A model generated the notes under the pieces. That model did no database searches and was not told the DNA's origin. It was given only the letters and a program-made list of their open reading frames with translations. A program made the position numbers and the translations under genes. A stretch of 63,113 nt of DNA, counting the filler, from Intoshia linei (taxonomy: Eukaryota; Animalia; Orthonectida): assembly GCA_001642005.1 (NCBI GenBank). It is 9 parts of 9 records of this genome, joined end to end, with 100 filler letters (N's around TTAATTAATTAA, not from the genome) between each part and the next. Parts side by side here need not be neighbours in the genome. Positions count along the whole stretch, not along the records: positions 27,710 to 31,982 come from LWCA01001967.1; positions 32,083 to 43,625 come from LWCA01001161.1; 7 more parts are not named here. One strand, 5' to 3'. Shown piece by piece: positions 30,122 through 43,725 of this stretch. Positions within the stretch are counted from its first letter, which is position 1. Every line of letters begins with the position of its first letter.

Positions 30122-31390
30122 CTATAACTTTTGTGTTGAATTTCCATTGTACGTAGCTTGACCATCACTGTCGCTGTCGTCATTATTCTTATGAATCGAA
30201 GTAACATTTCTAAAACTAATAAAATATAGTCTGAATAAAAAAAACTTACCTGTCGGTTAATTTGGAATTGCTAGGTTTTTTGGAGATTACCGGATTTGTA
30301 ATGATCTGATTAGTAAATAAAGAAAATAGATAATTATATAAGTATGCAGCAAACGTATACGAAGCGTTAAATAAACGCATGAAAGGAAGATTGAAATAAA
30401 AAAGAAAATTTATTTAACACGTTGGCTCCATATATCTTTAAAAAAATATACAGTGTATATGTAAATATGAAATTAAATTACAAAATTACTTCGACATTTA
30501 AAACCGAACAAACCATCAAGTTTAGCGAAACAAGTGTTTTATCTTTGTCTTTATCAGTGTATACACAGTGAGGGTACAAACTGACCAGACTAAAATTTGC
30601 GTAGTTTGTGTTCTAAACAAAATATATTACATTTCAGTGATTCATCACGAATTACATGGATGATATATAATATAATTGAATTCAGTAATTCAGTTTCAGG
30701 GATATGGATGTTTTTAGTGACATTTTTCGGGAATTTAAGTCGAATTTTTGCTATTGGAGAATCGTTATTTTGTAAACCAATATTTATAAAGTCTGGTTTC
30801 TTTAATATATTCACTGTCTGACTATTATCAGTAGATTTATAATGTACGAGTTCACTAAATAAATTCAAATAGTTTTCAAAACATGTTAAGGTACAATGTT
30901 AGTAAATTATACCTTTGTTGACGAAGGGCTTCAGCATTATTTATTAACGCTTGATGTTCTGGATTTCTATGTACAATTTTAGGTTTCGAATATTCTATTA
31001 TATGTGCCTTTCGTATTTCTTCGTCGTTTAAAGAACGATCCATTCTATAATTGTAATGATCAACATAACTATAATTAACTTAATTGTAATGTTATGTTTT
31101 AATGGGTGGCTACCAATAAATACACTATGTAAAGCACATGACTGTTTCAAGATATAATACTTAAAAAACCACACAATTAATAAATACAAATTACTTGGAT
31201 TGTTCAATTTTTTGTAAAATTTTTTTTCTTTCAAAATTTATTTTAGTTGTTTCTGTCTATCTGTCTCACGTTGTTTCATCAAATCATTAGCATGTTTATT
31301 TGCAATTTCAAATATTCTATTTAACAAACGTTTTTCATTCTTTGTTCAAAATCTTGTGATGATTTTTGTTTCTTTATTGGTGTTTTTAGT
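30122..31390 (-). CDS. UBXN4: UBXN4 (Erasin/UBXD2), 3' part, containing frame disruptions
   Basis: Coiled coil ERKKILQKIEQSKMDR; UBX domain KIRLKFP...FSLVSLYPHCVYT...KTLVSLNL; hydrophobic segment; diagnostic C-terminus TYNGNSTQKL*. Confidence 0.8.
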
Positions 31391-31615
31391 CTAATAATTT
31401 CATAAATTATAACATTTTTATTTCCAAAAATAATATTAATACATTAATATAGTATGTACAGTGATGATCATAAGATTATAATAATTGTAAAAATTTTATA
31501 TTTATCGTCATATTTTTTGTATATTATAACCTAAATAAAATGTTTGATGTAAATAAGTACTACCGATAAGTATTACATCGATTAGAAATATTGTTATGTT
31601 TTCAAAATTAATGTA

Positions 31616-31982
31616 CACGTAGTAAGGATGGATTTAAGTGCATACGCGAAAAATTGCGTATTTAAAAAATATGTATCATAGTGAAGAAATATCATAATAA
31701 TCCCATTTATCGACCTGTTAGTTACATATATTTGTTAAATTGTAATTTTTAACATCGTTCTCTTTTAGAAATTTAATCTTAAAATTCAAAATTTGATAAT
31801 TTAAAATAAGCAAAAGTAAGGATATCTCTTCCCAAACAAAAAATCATATAATCTCATTGCTAGAAAAATCTAATTACAGTCAACACAAAATTGCAGACAT
31901 GTGTGGTGTGTCTCAGTCAGCTGTATCTATTATAAAAAAAATATGTCGAAATCTCAACAAAGTAGTAATTTATACAGAAAAA
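31616..31982 (+). mobile_element. Tc1-like element 5' end with HTH remnant, cut by the gap
   Basis: TA|CAC terminus; KSKDISSQTKNHIISLLEKSNYSQHKIADMCGVSQSAVS. Confidence 0.65.
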
Positions 31983-32082
31983 NNNNNNNNNNNNNNNNNN
32001 NNNNNNNNNNNNNNNNNNNNNNNNNNTTAATTAATTAANNNNNNNNNNNNNNNNNNNNNNNNNNNNNNNNNNNNNNNNNNNN

Positions 32083-32293
32083 ATAATTGTTTTTAAAATT
32101 CTTTACGCAAATGTTAACAAAAAAATTAAGATGGAACAATTCACTTTAAAATAAAAAGTAATGTGATATGACGGTTCCACCTGAAACAAGTTTGGGAACC
32201 ACTCCTTTTGAAGTTACATTTTTTGATAAAATAAAAATGTGCCCTCGGCAGAGCTAGGTGCTGTTTATACGTAGTACATAATAGTCAACCTAG
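32083..32293 (+). mobile_element. Helitron 3' end fragment
   Basis: ...tacgtagtacataatagtcaacCTAG|t. Confidence 0.75.
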
Positions 32294-32309
32294 TTTAATG
32301 TATAAAGAT

Positions 32310-34899
32310 TTAATATAAAATTTGGTATCTCGATATTTTGTACATTGGATTAGTTCGATTGTAACCACAATTTGCTATTTTTACCAACTGTAAAGGAATC
32401 ATAGATTCTAAATCAATTGGAACTTGTGCTATTCTATTTAAAACTTGCTAAATTTGATTTATTAATACTTAAGAAAGAGAAATACCATGCCTTCAATCAC
32501 TTTTCCAAATACTACATATTTATAATCCAACCAAGGTGTTTTTGTCAGAATTATGTAAAATTGAGAATTGTTTGTATCTAATTATATGCCTTAAATTAAT
32601 TGATTAGATACGAGATATGATATATCATTAGACAATAGGGAACATCCACAGATGGTATAGGATATATTATTTTTGGATATTAATGTTGCTAGTTTGTCTA
32701 TATCAGGGTCATATAGACCAGGGATCGGCAACCAGTGGCCCACAGAATAATTATGGTGGCACTTTGAGTAAATATATCAATTATTTATTTTTAAATTTTT
32801 CACGTTTTAAACATTTTCTAGTATAATTAGGTCATTATAATCATTTTAATTCTGAATTTTCGGATCGTTTGGATTTTATTTTATTAAATAGATTAGATCT
32901 GTTTCTGTTCAGTTAAATGTATCATGTGTAAATTTTCAAAAACGGGGGCAATAATTTTTTGATATAAAAAGTGGCCGACCCATGAATGGATTTGGAAAGT
33001 TTGGGAAATGGCTGACAGTAAATTGATTCACAATTAGAATTTACGACATGACATAAATAAATAAATCATAAATCAAATTAACCACTACACAAAAGTGCTC
33101 TGTGTTTGAATGTTGATGTTTCGGTGACATTTTCAATGATAGCAGAATTTTCAGTTAAAAATTGAAATAGATTGTACAATGTACAAGTTTTTGCTCTAGA
33201 AACGCTTAGGTGCGAGGAATAGCTTGATACTGAAATTGTGTACATTTACCTTTCCCATAGTTTGCCATTGAAACCCAACCATGACTTCGATGTTTCAATA
33301 TGAAATTTTCATCTGAAAATGTTTTTCCATATATAGATTCCCCATTTGTTCCATCTCCATTAATAACATCGCCCATTTGAATTACAAAATTTTTCATTAT
33401 TCTATGAACAGTCGAGTTTTTATAGGTCAATAAAGTCTAAATGTATTTTTGATAAAAATAAAAACTACATTTACTAAATTGTACCACGTAAAATATCATC
33501 AAAGTTAAAAATATCATTAAAATGTCTGAAATACAAGTGTCCGTAACCTCACAATTTACCCCTTAAGATTTCTGCCCTAGCCACTTCCCGGTTCTACTGA
33601 TTGATGAATTATCACCATAATGGTTTTTACCAGGGTAGAAAAAAGTTTTATTCACTTAACGTCAATACTTGGAATTTAAGTACGTTTTTCGTGCTAAATC
33701 AATTATTTTAAGTTAAATTATATAGAAATGAAATATTTCGGAAAAAAATAAATGAATACTAAAATGCTTTTTTGACGGTGAAGTCGTCACTTATTCGGAT
33801 TGAAACTTTTTATGTACGTTAACAGGATACAACTGTACCACCTGTAAATTTGTTTAAATTCTAGGGCTGTTTTCATTAAAAAAAGAAGAAATCTGGGGTT
33901 TTGGCCCTAAAGATATATTTTTTTTAAATTTAAATTTATGATTTTAAAATATATAAAGAATTATGTAAGTATCAGAGAATATATTTTTTTAAATTCTCGA
34001 ACTTGTTTGACTTTCAAAAAAAAGAACAATTTGGCTTTTTGGCCCGTAAAATGTGAGTTTGGAAGGTTAAAATTTATTTTGCTGATACCCCGGAAAAAAC
34101 TGTAATTGAAATGTAAACTTTTAAAATTCTAAGATTGGTAGTTATTGAAATAAACGGACACACACAAACAAATATTACATATCATATTATATAAGTAAGG
34201 AGGATAAATTCTGGAATAGTTTTTAAATCCTAAGCATTATAATAAATGGCAACCTCAAAAAACTGCATTTTCATGACCATACGACAAATTTCCTTTTTTT
34301 AAAAAACTGAAAATAGTCTAGAATTTTAAAAAGCTTATATCTGATAAAGTTAAATCCAGTGAACACAAAAAATTTGAAATAATTAATGGACCTACAATTA
34401 AAGTAAGATTATTCTGATACAGCTTATTCCAGTTGATATAAATACAAAATTTTTACCTCAGAAATCTACTTTTTCCCGGTAAAAAATAAATTTTAATGTA
34501 TTATCAACAAATATTTTTTAAGGACCTTTTCTAGTAAAAAATTTAATACAAAACTTATTTTGTTTGATTTGTTAGACTAATTTACCGTGACCATGTATAA
34601 TCAAATCAAGAGTTTTAATTAAACCTTTTCAGAGTTGACATATCCGTTACAAAGCTCTACAAAGTTTAAAGTTGTTTTTGGCAATAATCCACCTATTCAG
34701 AAATTATATAAATGTTAGTAAAATGTGATAAAATACCAAACATGGCAATTAAAAATCTTCCTTTATAATCTAACGTATTATTCTGATGAAACGTTTCCAA
34801 ATCAAACCAAACTTCATGGGTTACATATAAATTTGTCAAATCAAAATTTTCGCTAAAATTTTGAATTATCAAAAAAATCAACAAAAATTTTTTGATCAT
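32310..34899 (-). CDS. PPIB: Secretory-pathway cyclophilin (PPIB/cyclophilin-B type), 5 exons
   Basis: Signal-peptide-like [12 protein letters not shown]; VTHEVWFD; [13 protein letters not shown]...GESIYG...SMAN; DTNNSQFYI...[16 protein letters not shown]. Confidence 0.85.
33680..34510. mobile_element. Helitron-family fragments in a cyclophilin intron (5' terminus at about 34201, minus strand)
   Basis: ttatataagtaagga terminus; body homologous to 3875-4520. Confidence 0.65.
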
Positions 34900-36228
34900 T
34901 ATAATTTTAAAAAAATATATGACATAAACACGTGTCACATGCTTTTCCGATAAACACATGTATTATTTACTACTACATTTATGATTTACGTGTATAGATA
35001 GACTTGTATAAATTGTTGAAATAAAGATTATTGAATATTATTACTATTTTTATATTACTATCTGGACTGTTATGTACTATATAGTAACAACAGCTAGCTC
35101 AGAAGAGAGAGGGCTTTTAATTATTTTAATATAAATATAGTTAGTTAAAACACAATAAAACGTCTTAAAATTAAATTAAATAACATGAATCCCATAAAAA
35201 TCAAAATTGTAATTTCCGGTAGCATATACTGAATCAGTATTACTGAAACGAATTGAAGGATAATAGAATCACAATGAGAATAACAAAGTTATATTATAGT
35301 TAATTTTGAAAAATTTAAATGAGAAATTGCTTAGCAATGATTAAAAACCCGAATCAATCAATTTATGAGAATGAGACTTAAATATCTGTATTTCAAATAT
35401 TTATACATTCAATTTACATTTTTTTTAAATGTTAAGATAAATATTTAAATTTTCATTTATAATTTTAATTCAAAAATGTGAAAAATATTGGTCGATAATA
35501 CATTAAAAGTAATGTTTGACTAGGAATTCGTATTCTTTTGAGGCTAAATTTTTTACTATAGATCAACTGGAATAAACTGCAATCGAATAATATTTTTATT
35601 AAATTCTAGGACGGTTAATTATTACATTTTTTTTATTTTACAATTGTTAATGAAATAATTTCCAAAAAAAAAACAGTAAATTACTTTTTTGACCATAAGG
35701 GTGTAATTTTATGAGACTGAAATTTTTTGTATATGTTGACTTGAAATAACTGCTATTAAGTGTGATTTTTTGATAATTTTTAGGACTTGGTTTTTTCACA
35801 TTTTCAGTTTTGACACATAAGATGGCAATGTTAGAATTTGAAATTTATTCTACCTTCATGGGTGGAAAAAACTGACTTTGAATATATTTTTGTGAAATTT
35901 CTGGAATTGTCAATTTTCTCAATAAATGGTGAGACAGACACATTTTTAGCAACTTAAAATCTAAATTGCCAAAAACTAATCTAAACTAATTACACTAAAG
36001 ACTGAAATAATTACTTTTATACTATTAAATAAACACTAAAATAAAAGAGAAAAACACAGTTACCAACTAAAAATAAATAAAAACAATGTTCGGAATTAAA
36101 TTGGTTAATTAATTGACACTAAAAACTTGCGACATCTGTTGAAATGTTAAAATTTTGAAACACAAACTTTATTGACTGACAAATAAAAATTGATTGGAAA
36201 TTGAGAATATTTGTGTTTGATCCATTTA

Positions 36229-39200
36229 ATGATATTTAGAAAAACTCGAAATAGAAGAACAGATAGGTACCTTTTGATTCGGTTTGTTTTTGCTGTATTT
36301 AATATAATTAAATTTTTGTATGCAAATTTTCCAATTTGAACATTTTAACCACTTTTAATTGACATTATAAAATATACAAAAGTACAAAGTTTACATGTTT
36401 ATTTGTATATTTTTAGAAATTCAATGGATAATTCTGTAAACACTTATGGAAAATTAGATAATGAGAAAAAATCTCCCCATCCATGTAGTTTGAGTGTAAT
36501 TATATATTGGTTGTGCATTTGGAAAAGAATACCTAATTGGATATTGATGAAAATTACTTCAACATTTACATCCAAATCTGAACCTAAACAAAGAACAGTT
36601 TATATTGGTACTTGCAATTCTGGTATAAATCATATCAATCAAAGTCAATATCCAAGGAATATTGTTAGAAATCAGAAATTTAATTTTGTTTCTTTTGTAC
36701 CACTTGTAAGTTTTTCATTTTTAAAATCACAAGTGTCCAAAATACTTGCATGTCATTTAATTTATAAAAATTAATATTGTTGAATTTTAGGTGCTAATTG
36801 ACCAGTTTAAATTTTTTCACAATTTATACTTTTTAATTCTTTCTTTGTCACAACTTATTCCAATATTTAAAGTTGGCAGCATATACACTTATTGGGGACC
36901 TTTGGTAATTTATATTTTATTCAATTTTTCATTGTTTATTTAGTGTTTTGTTTTATTGGTTGTGTTTATTCGGGAAGGTTTTGAAGATTTTCTTCGTTAT
37001 CGTAGAGACAAAGTTATCAATAATGAAATGTGTACTTCTATTACGAGTCACGGATCAAAACGTGTCTTTTCTTCTCAAATTCAAGTCGGTGACATTGTTC
37101 GCATTAACAAAGTATATATTGGAATCCTTTTTATAACTTGATTTATTATTTATATTTAGAATGATCGAATTCCTGCAGATCTTATATTACTGCAAACGTC
37201 AGAAAGCAGCGGAAATTGTTATATTCGTACTGATCAACTCGATGGAGAAACTGATTGGAAATTAAGAACGGCATTGCATTCTACTCAGCAACTTAATGAT
37301 GTAATTTTTTGAGATTATCAATTGAGATAATCACTTTAAAACTTTTTCAAATTTTTAATTTTTTTTGGGCGGATCCGTCTTGAATGGTGCATATCTTTCT
37401 TGTATTTATAGTTATTTATATATTTTGTTCATATTAGGATTTATTTCGGATTTCTGCTCACATTGTCGCGGAGGCACCACAGAAAAGTATACATGCGTTT
37501 AATGGAGGATTTGTAATGGTAGGCTTATTTAATCGCAATCTTATATGATAACTAGAAAAAGCTGTATTAGCGATAATTTTTTTAAATACTAGGACTTGGT
37601 TTTTTATTTTTCAAAAGAATGGGTTAATTTGATGTTTTGGTCACGAAGACGAAAGTTTCGAAGACTGAAATTTATCTTACATTTTTTTAGGCATTTTTAA
37701 TTTTGTATCAATTCAATATTTAGGACGATGACAAAATTGAGGAATCTTTGACAATAGAAAATACTTTATGGGCCAATACTGTATTGGCATCTGGATCGAT
37801 AGTAGGAGTTGTTCTTTATACGGGTGTTGACACGAGGAGTGTTATGAATACATCTAAAGCTCAAAGTAAGGTAATTTCAAAACTTTAAAAAATTTATAAA
37901 GGGACTAGGTTGACTGTTATGTATTACGTACAAACAGCACCTAGCTCTGCCGAGGACACATTTTTATTATACCAAAAAATAAATTCACGTTGAAAATCTA
38001 ACTTAAAAATTCTACTATTCACTATTATCAATCCTTTAAAGGAGTGGTTCCCAAACTTGTTTGAAGTGATACCGTAATACCACATTACTTTTTACTTTAA
38101 ATTGAATTATTCCATCTTAATTTTGTTTTGTTAACATTTGCGTAAAGAATTTTAAAACAAATTGTTATCCCATTTTTTTAATTTATTAGACAGAATGTGT
38201 GTATAATAATTAAAAATAAAGTAAGTAAGTAAAAACAGTCCAATCCTAAAAATTGTCATAATTAGCATAAATTTCAGAAAAAATAAAATTATAAAAACTA
38301 ATTTTGTCATTTTCAATGTGATAATTAGAGCCATTCATAGAGCATAATGACTAGATTACGCAAGATTTTGAAGATGCTCTTAAATAAGTTTGCATCATTG
38401 TGTTTATTTGTTGACATTTTATCGTTTTATTTAAAATTATATGAAATGTACACAATTGTATGTATTGGGACTTAACGACTTTAGAGCATCCGATTTGAAT
38501 GGCTCTAGTTATAATATATATTCAGTATCAATTTTATAAATACAGTCTATTCTGTTCTATATGAACATCCTAGAATATGAACACTACAATTTTGTTGAAA
38601 TTTTGTATTTATATCAACTGGAATAAGCTCTATCAGAATAATCTTTTTAATAATTTTCGGACCGTTGATTATTTCATATTTTTTGTTTTAATAAAATATT
38701 TCGGAAAAGAAATACATGATTATTAAAATGCTTTTTTAACCGTGAAGTCTCGTCACTTATTCAGATTTAAAATTTTTGTGTGTTAATAGGATACAACTGT
38801 ACCTGCTGTAAATTTTTTTAAATTCTATGGCTGTTTTCATAAAAAAAAGGTAATTTGGAGTTTTGGTTTTGAAGATATAATTTTTTTAAATTTAAATTTA
38901 TGATAATGTTTATGATTTTAAAATCGGTATCAGGCGTATACATTTTTTTAAAATTCTTCAAGTCGTTTGATTTTCAAAAAAAAGGACAATTGGGGTTTTG
39001 GACCCGTAAGATGTGAGTTTGGGAGGTTGAAATTTATCTTATTATCACCCGGAAAAACATGTAGTTATTGAAATAAGGTGGAATACACACACAAACAAAT
39101 ATTGCGTAGCATATTATATAAGTAAGGATGTAAAATTTATTTTTCAATATTTTGTTGATTGGATTTTTCATAAGATGTTAATTATATACTAATCTTTTCA

Positions 39201-42200
39201 ATATATAATAGAGAGGAAAAGTGGATAAAGAAGTCAATAATTTTACCAAACTGCTATTTGCCATGATGATTGTGCTTAGCTTTATGATGATTTGCTTCAA
39301 GGTATTTTTAATAAATTCGAAACTAATAATGAACGAATTACGTTTAACGGGTCTTATCCTTGTTTACTGGTATATTTTATATTATTATTTAAAAAATTAG
39401 GGATTGAATGGCGATTGGTTCCGATATTTGATGAGATTTATTGTTTTGTTCTCCTACCTCATTCCGATTACGTAATTTTCAATTGTCCTTGTTAAATGTG
39501 TGTATAGGTTACGTATCAATATGGATATGGCAAAACTATTTTACTGTTTCTGCATTAATCACGACAAGGAGATGAAAGGTGTAATGGTTAGGTCTACAAC
39601 TGTGCCAGAGGAGGTTGATTATTATTTTTTCGTATATATTTATTTATTAATCATTTTTTCTCTTAAGTTGGGACGAGTAACATATTTACTTACTGACAAA
39701 ACCGGAACATTGACAAAAAATGATATGGTATATTATTTATAGAGAATCGTTGCAAACTAAATTCTATAGATTTTTAAAAAATTACACACTGGTTTATTCG
39801 CCTATGGAAATGAGAGTATGGAGGAGGTAGGTTCTAAAAACTAAACATTTTATATTTAACGGATTAAGATATGTAATATATATTTAAGATTTCCAACATT
39901 GTTCAAAATGAATATAATGATTACAACTTCAACTTAAACATACAAGGTATAACGCAAGGAAACAGTTCAAAATACCTTTTATTGGAATCAATTAAAGCAA
40001 TATCCATTTGCCACAATGTAACTCCAGTTAGCAATGGAGATTGCCAACAAAGTTCGTCTAGTGATAAAGGTGAATACTACTCGATAAGTATGAATGAAAA
40101 GTTGGTAAAAAAATCTTCGAGGAATATAACATATCAGGCATCAAGTCCCGATGAAATTGCGCTCGTGAAATGGACTGAAAGTGTAGGCGTAACTTTGGTC
40201 GAACGCGGTTTAAATGACTTAAAAATTTGTGGCCCATACGACACTGAAGAAGAATTTAAAATTTTAAACATTTTCCCATTTAAATCTGAATCGAAACGAA
40301 TGGGAATAATTGTTCAATCAAAAAAAACGAATGAAATTATGTTTTATCTAAAAGGAGCCGATACTGTAATGATTGATATTCTGAATTTTAGTGATTGGTT
40401 GGACGAAGAATGCACAAATATTTCTAGAGAAGGTTTGAGGACCCTTATTGTTGGACGTAAATCTTTGACTTTAGAAGAATACAATGATTTTCATATGAGA
40501 TACAAGGCAGCATCTTTAGCTATTGCAGATAGAATAGAAAAGCAATATGAAGTTATGCAAACATTGGAAAGAGGTATGCAAGTCTTGTGTATTACTGGAG
40601 TAGAAGACCAACTTCAACAGAACGTATGTGTAACTTTGGAATCTATTCGGAATGCCGGAATCAAAATTTGGATGCTTACCGGTGATAAAATGGAAACTGC
40701 ATCTTGCATTGCCACGTCGTCTCGATTAATTGATACAAATTGTATTACTTATTATTTCAATAATGTACACACTCGCGAAGAGGCACACAAGGAATTGCAG
40801 GCATTGAGAAGAAAACAAGATTCTTCTTTAGTCATTTTAGGATCTTCTATTGAAGTTTGTTTGGAATATTATGAGCACGAGTTTCTAGAACTCGCCACCA
40901 AATTGTTTGCAGTTGTAGTGTGTAGGTGCTCTCCCACTCAAAAATCCATGATTGTTAGATTATTGAAGCATCATACCAAAGAAATTACTTGTGCTATCGG
41001 AGATGGGGGGAATGATGTTAGTATGATACAAGGTACGGTTTATTTATATTCATTTCTTTTTTTTATTTTATTATGCATTTAGAATCTCATTGCGGAATTG
41101 GTATTGTTGGAAAGGAAGGAATGCAAGCGTCTCTATCTTCTGATTTTTCGATTACCCAATTTAGTCATATATCACGGTTACTGTTATTACATGGCCGATA
41201 TAGTTATAAACGTTCAGCTGATTTGAGTCATTTCGTTATTCACCGTGGACTCTTAATATCCTGTATACAAGCCATTTTTTCTTCTTTCTTTTATTATGCC
41301 TCTATTATTGTTTACCCAAGCATTTTAATGGTTGGATTTGCTTCAATATTTACAAACTTTCCTGTTTTTGCAATTATTCTTGATCGAGACATCACACCTG
41401 ATGTTGCTACAACTTATCCTGAGCTATACAAAGAATTAACAAAGGTAAATATTTTAAAGTAAATTTTGAAGTAATGTGAAAACATCTATTCAATGTAAAA
41501 AGTTAGCAATGAGCGTTGAAACTAATGCAGTATTTATTATTAATTTTTGGCGTGTGGAACGCATTATGAGACACTAGTCTACAGCCACTAATATTATAAA
41601 AAACAGTGTGCGTTTCTTCAAAATATTTCATGACCTATCGTACTATTTATATAACTTAGTGCGTTATAAAATTAAATTTTGTCAATCACAGTGCTACATT
41701 TAAAAAATTATACAAAAGTGCGTTAAATTTAACAGCCAAATAAATATTTTTATAATTGTGCGTTTCTAGGAAGAATAGTTGCACTAAAAATTGATATAGC
41801 TTATATTTTAGTATTATTTCTATTGGTTTATGTATTGAAAATTTGTTTTTGCTTTTTTGTGTTTATTAATGTTTTAAACATTTTAATGACATAACTTGAC
41901 GTATTAATGATTTATTTGGTACTTTTAGGGTCGATCTCTCAATTGCAGAACTTTTCTTACGTGGTCACTTATTGCAATTTATCAAGGTATGTTTTATATT
42001 TTAGTTTTAATGTATTTTTAGCTTGCATTATAATGTACGGATCGTATTTAATGTTTGAGTCGGAATTTAGTCACATTGTTTCAATCACGTTTACAGCTCT
42101 CATGATGACAGAAATGGCAATTGTTGCTGTAAAAATACAAAATTGGCATTGGTTGATGGTTGGATCAATTCTTTTGAGTATATGTATCTACATTATTGCA

Positions 42201-42411
42201 ATGACTATCCTGAGTACAACGTTTGGTAATATATAAGATATTAGCATGTAAATATTTTCTTACTTTGTTTTTAGATGTTTCATTTCTTTTGACATTTAAA
42301 TTTGCTTGGAAGGTTTTAATTATTATTGCCATTAGTTCTATTCCTCTGTATATAATCAAAATTTTCAGGCGATATTTTAGACCTTCCACATATTCCAAAT
42401 TAAATTATTAA
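36229..42411 (+). CDS. ATP9: P4-ATPase phospholipid flippase, class II (ATP9A/B, Neo1-like), multi-exon
   Basis: [48 protein letters not shown], end RPSTYSKL. Confidence 0.93.
37905..39128 (-). mobile_element. Full-length non-autonomous Helitron in an ATP9 intron
   Basis: On the minus strand: A|TCCTTACT...hairpin...AACCTAG|T, no TSD. Confidence 0.85.
38326..38507. mobile_element. Small hAT MITE nested in the Helitron
   Basis: TAGAGCCATTCA...TGAATGGCTCTA TIR; 8-bp TSD gtgataat/gttataat. Confidence 0.75.
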
Positions 42412-42994
42412 TTTTTGTATTTTACCTCAAATTGTTATATAATAAATTTATTATAATTGATAATTGTTATTACATTTGTTATATTGTTTTGTTTATTTAA
42501 ACACTGTACAGTAGTGTGTTACACATATTGACAATTTTAATGTGCTTAGCAATAGTTATATGCTTATACCAATTTATATAATTAATCGTTAAAAAAATTG
42601 TTTTTATACACAGATCTCAGTGTAGGTTCCATTTAAAGTTTCATATTTTCTTATGGAATATATATTATGACATAGAACATTAGAAAACATATTATCAACT
42701 TGTTGATTCGTAATATATTTTACATTTTACAATTAAACATTTATATTTGGACCTCGACTTGTTACACTAGTATTTACATTTAGAGACTATGTGACTTATT
42801 TTTTCGTAAACGTTGGTAGTCGAGTTTCGCACTGGAAATAAAAATTTATTATCTGAATTCCTCATTGGTTGATACATCAAAATTATCCCAAAAGTTTGAT
42901 TGTTTCCTGCAAGGTGAATTCTCATTTATTTTCTGAATAAATTTAAGATACTTATTATTTCATTTATAAAATAGAATTATCCCTGATCACCATC

Positions 42995-43560
42995 TAGAGC
43001 CGTCTTAAGCCACTTCGTGGCCCTGGGCTAAGCAAAGGGTAATGGCCCTTTAAAATGAGTGAGACAATACAAAAATAGATCTCCTGTTTAGAAAACAGGG
43101 TATACTGTTGGTTCGAGTCTTAGAGTCTTATTTCATTGAGTATTAATAAAGGCATTAAAAGATATTATGTGGGTTTCTAGTAACTTTTATTTCTTTTACA
43201 AAAACCTACTTACATTAATTAATGAAAAAAGTATACTTTTTCATGGTAAAATATGCACCATGCAGTCACAAAAAATTCTTGACAATTTTTCACAAATGTT
43301 GTTTATTCACTTTTTTCTGAGAGAAATCAAATAATATATTCTCAAAACTGATATTCAAAATATCATTCTCAATTGACATTAAGGAGAGCGCATTCAAACG
43401 AGGTTCAGCTAAGCAATTTCGAAGTTCATTCATAATTATTTTTAGTTTAGAAAAAGTTCTTTCACCTTTGCAATTTGCAACCATCATTGAAAGAAACATT
43501 CTCATGCAGATTTCAATATTACAAAGTAGTAATTCCAATTTATCACCTTTTATAACTTAA
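42995..43560 (-). mobile_element. hAT transposase C-terminal dimerisation-domain remnant, interrupted by a Helitron end at 43561
   Basis: MVANCKGERTFSKLKIIMNELRN...RLNALSLMSIENDI; TAGAGCCGTC terminus. Confidence 0.8.
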
Positions 43561-43725
43561 CTAGCTTGGCAGTTTTGTACTACGTACAAACAGCACCTAG
43601 CTCTGCCGAAGGCACTCTTTTATTANNNNNNNNNNNNNNNNNNNNNNNNNNNNNNNNNNNNNNNNNNNNTTAATTAATTAANNNNNNNNNNNNNNNNNNN
43701 NNNNNNNNNNNNNNNNNNNNNNNNN

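Noticed and set aside
30414-31323. Genome-wide TAA reassignment
   Set aside because: TAA is the normal terminator of UBE2C, RPL37, HDAC1, MAT, PSMA6 and others; long exons have no internal TAA
31257-31329. Two 13-nt GT...AG micro-introns rescuing the UBXN4 frame
   Set aside because: Removing gtttgttaaatag leads to an immediate TGA; neither restores the frame
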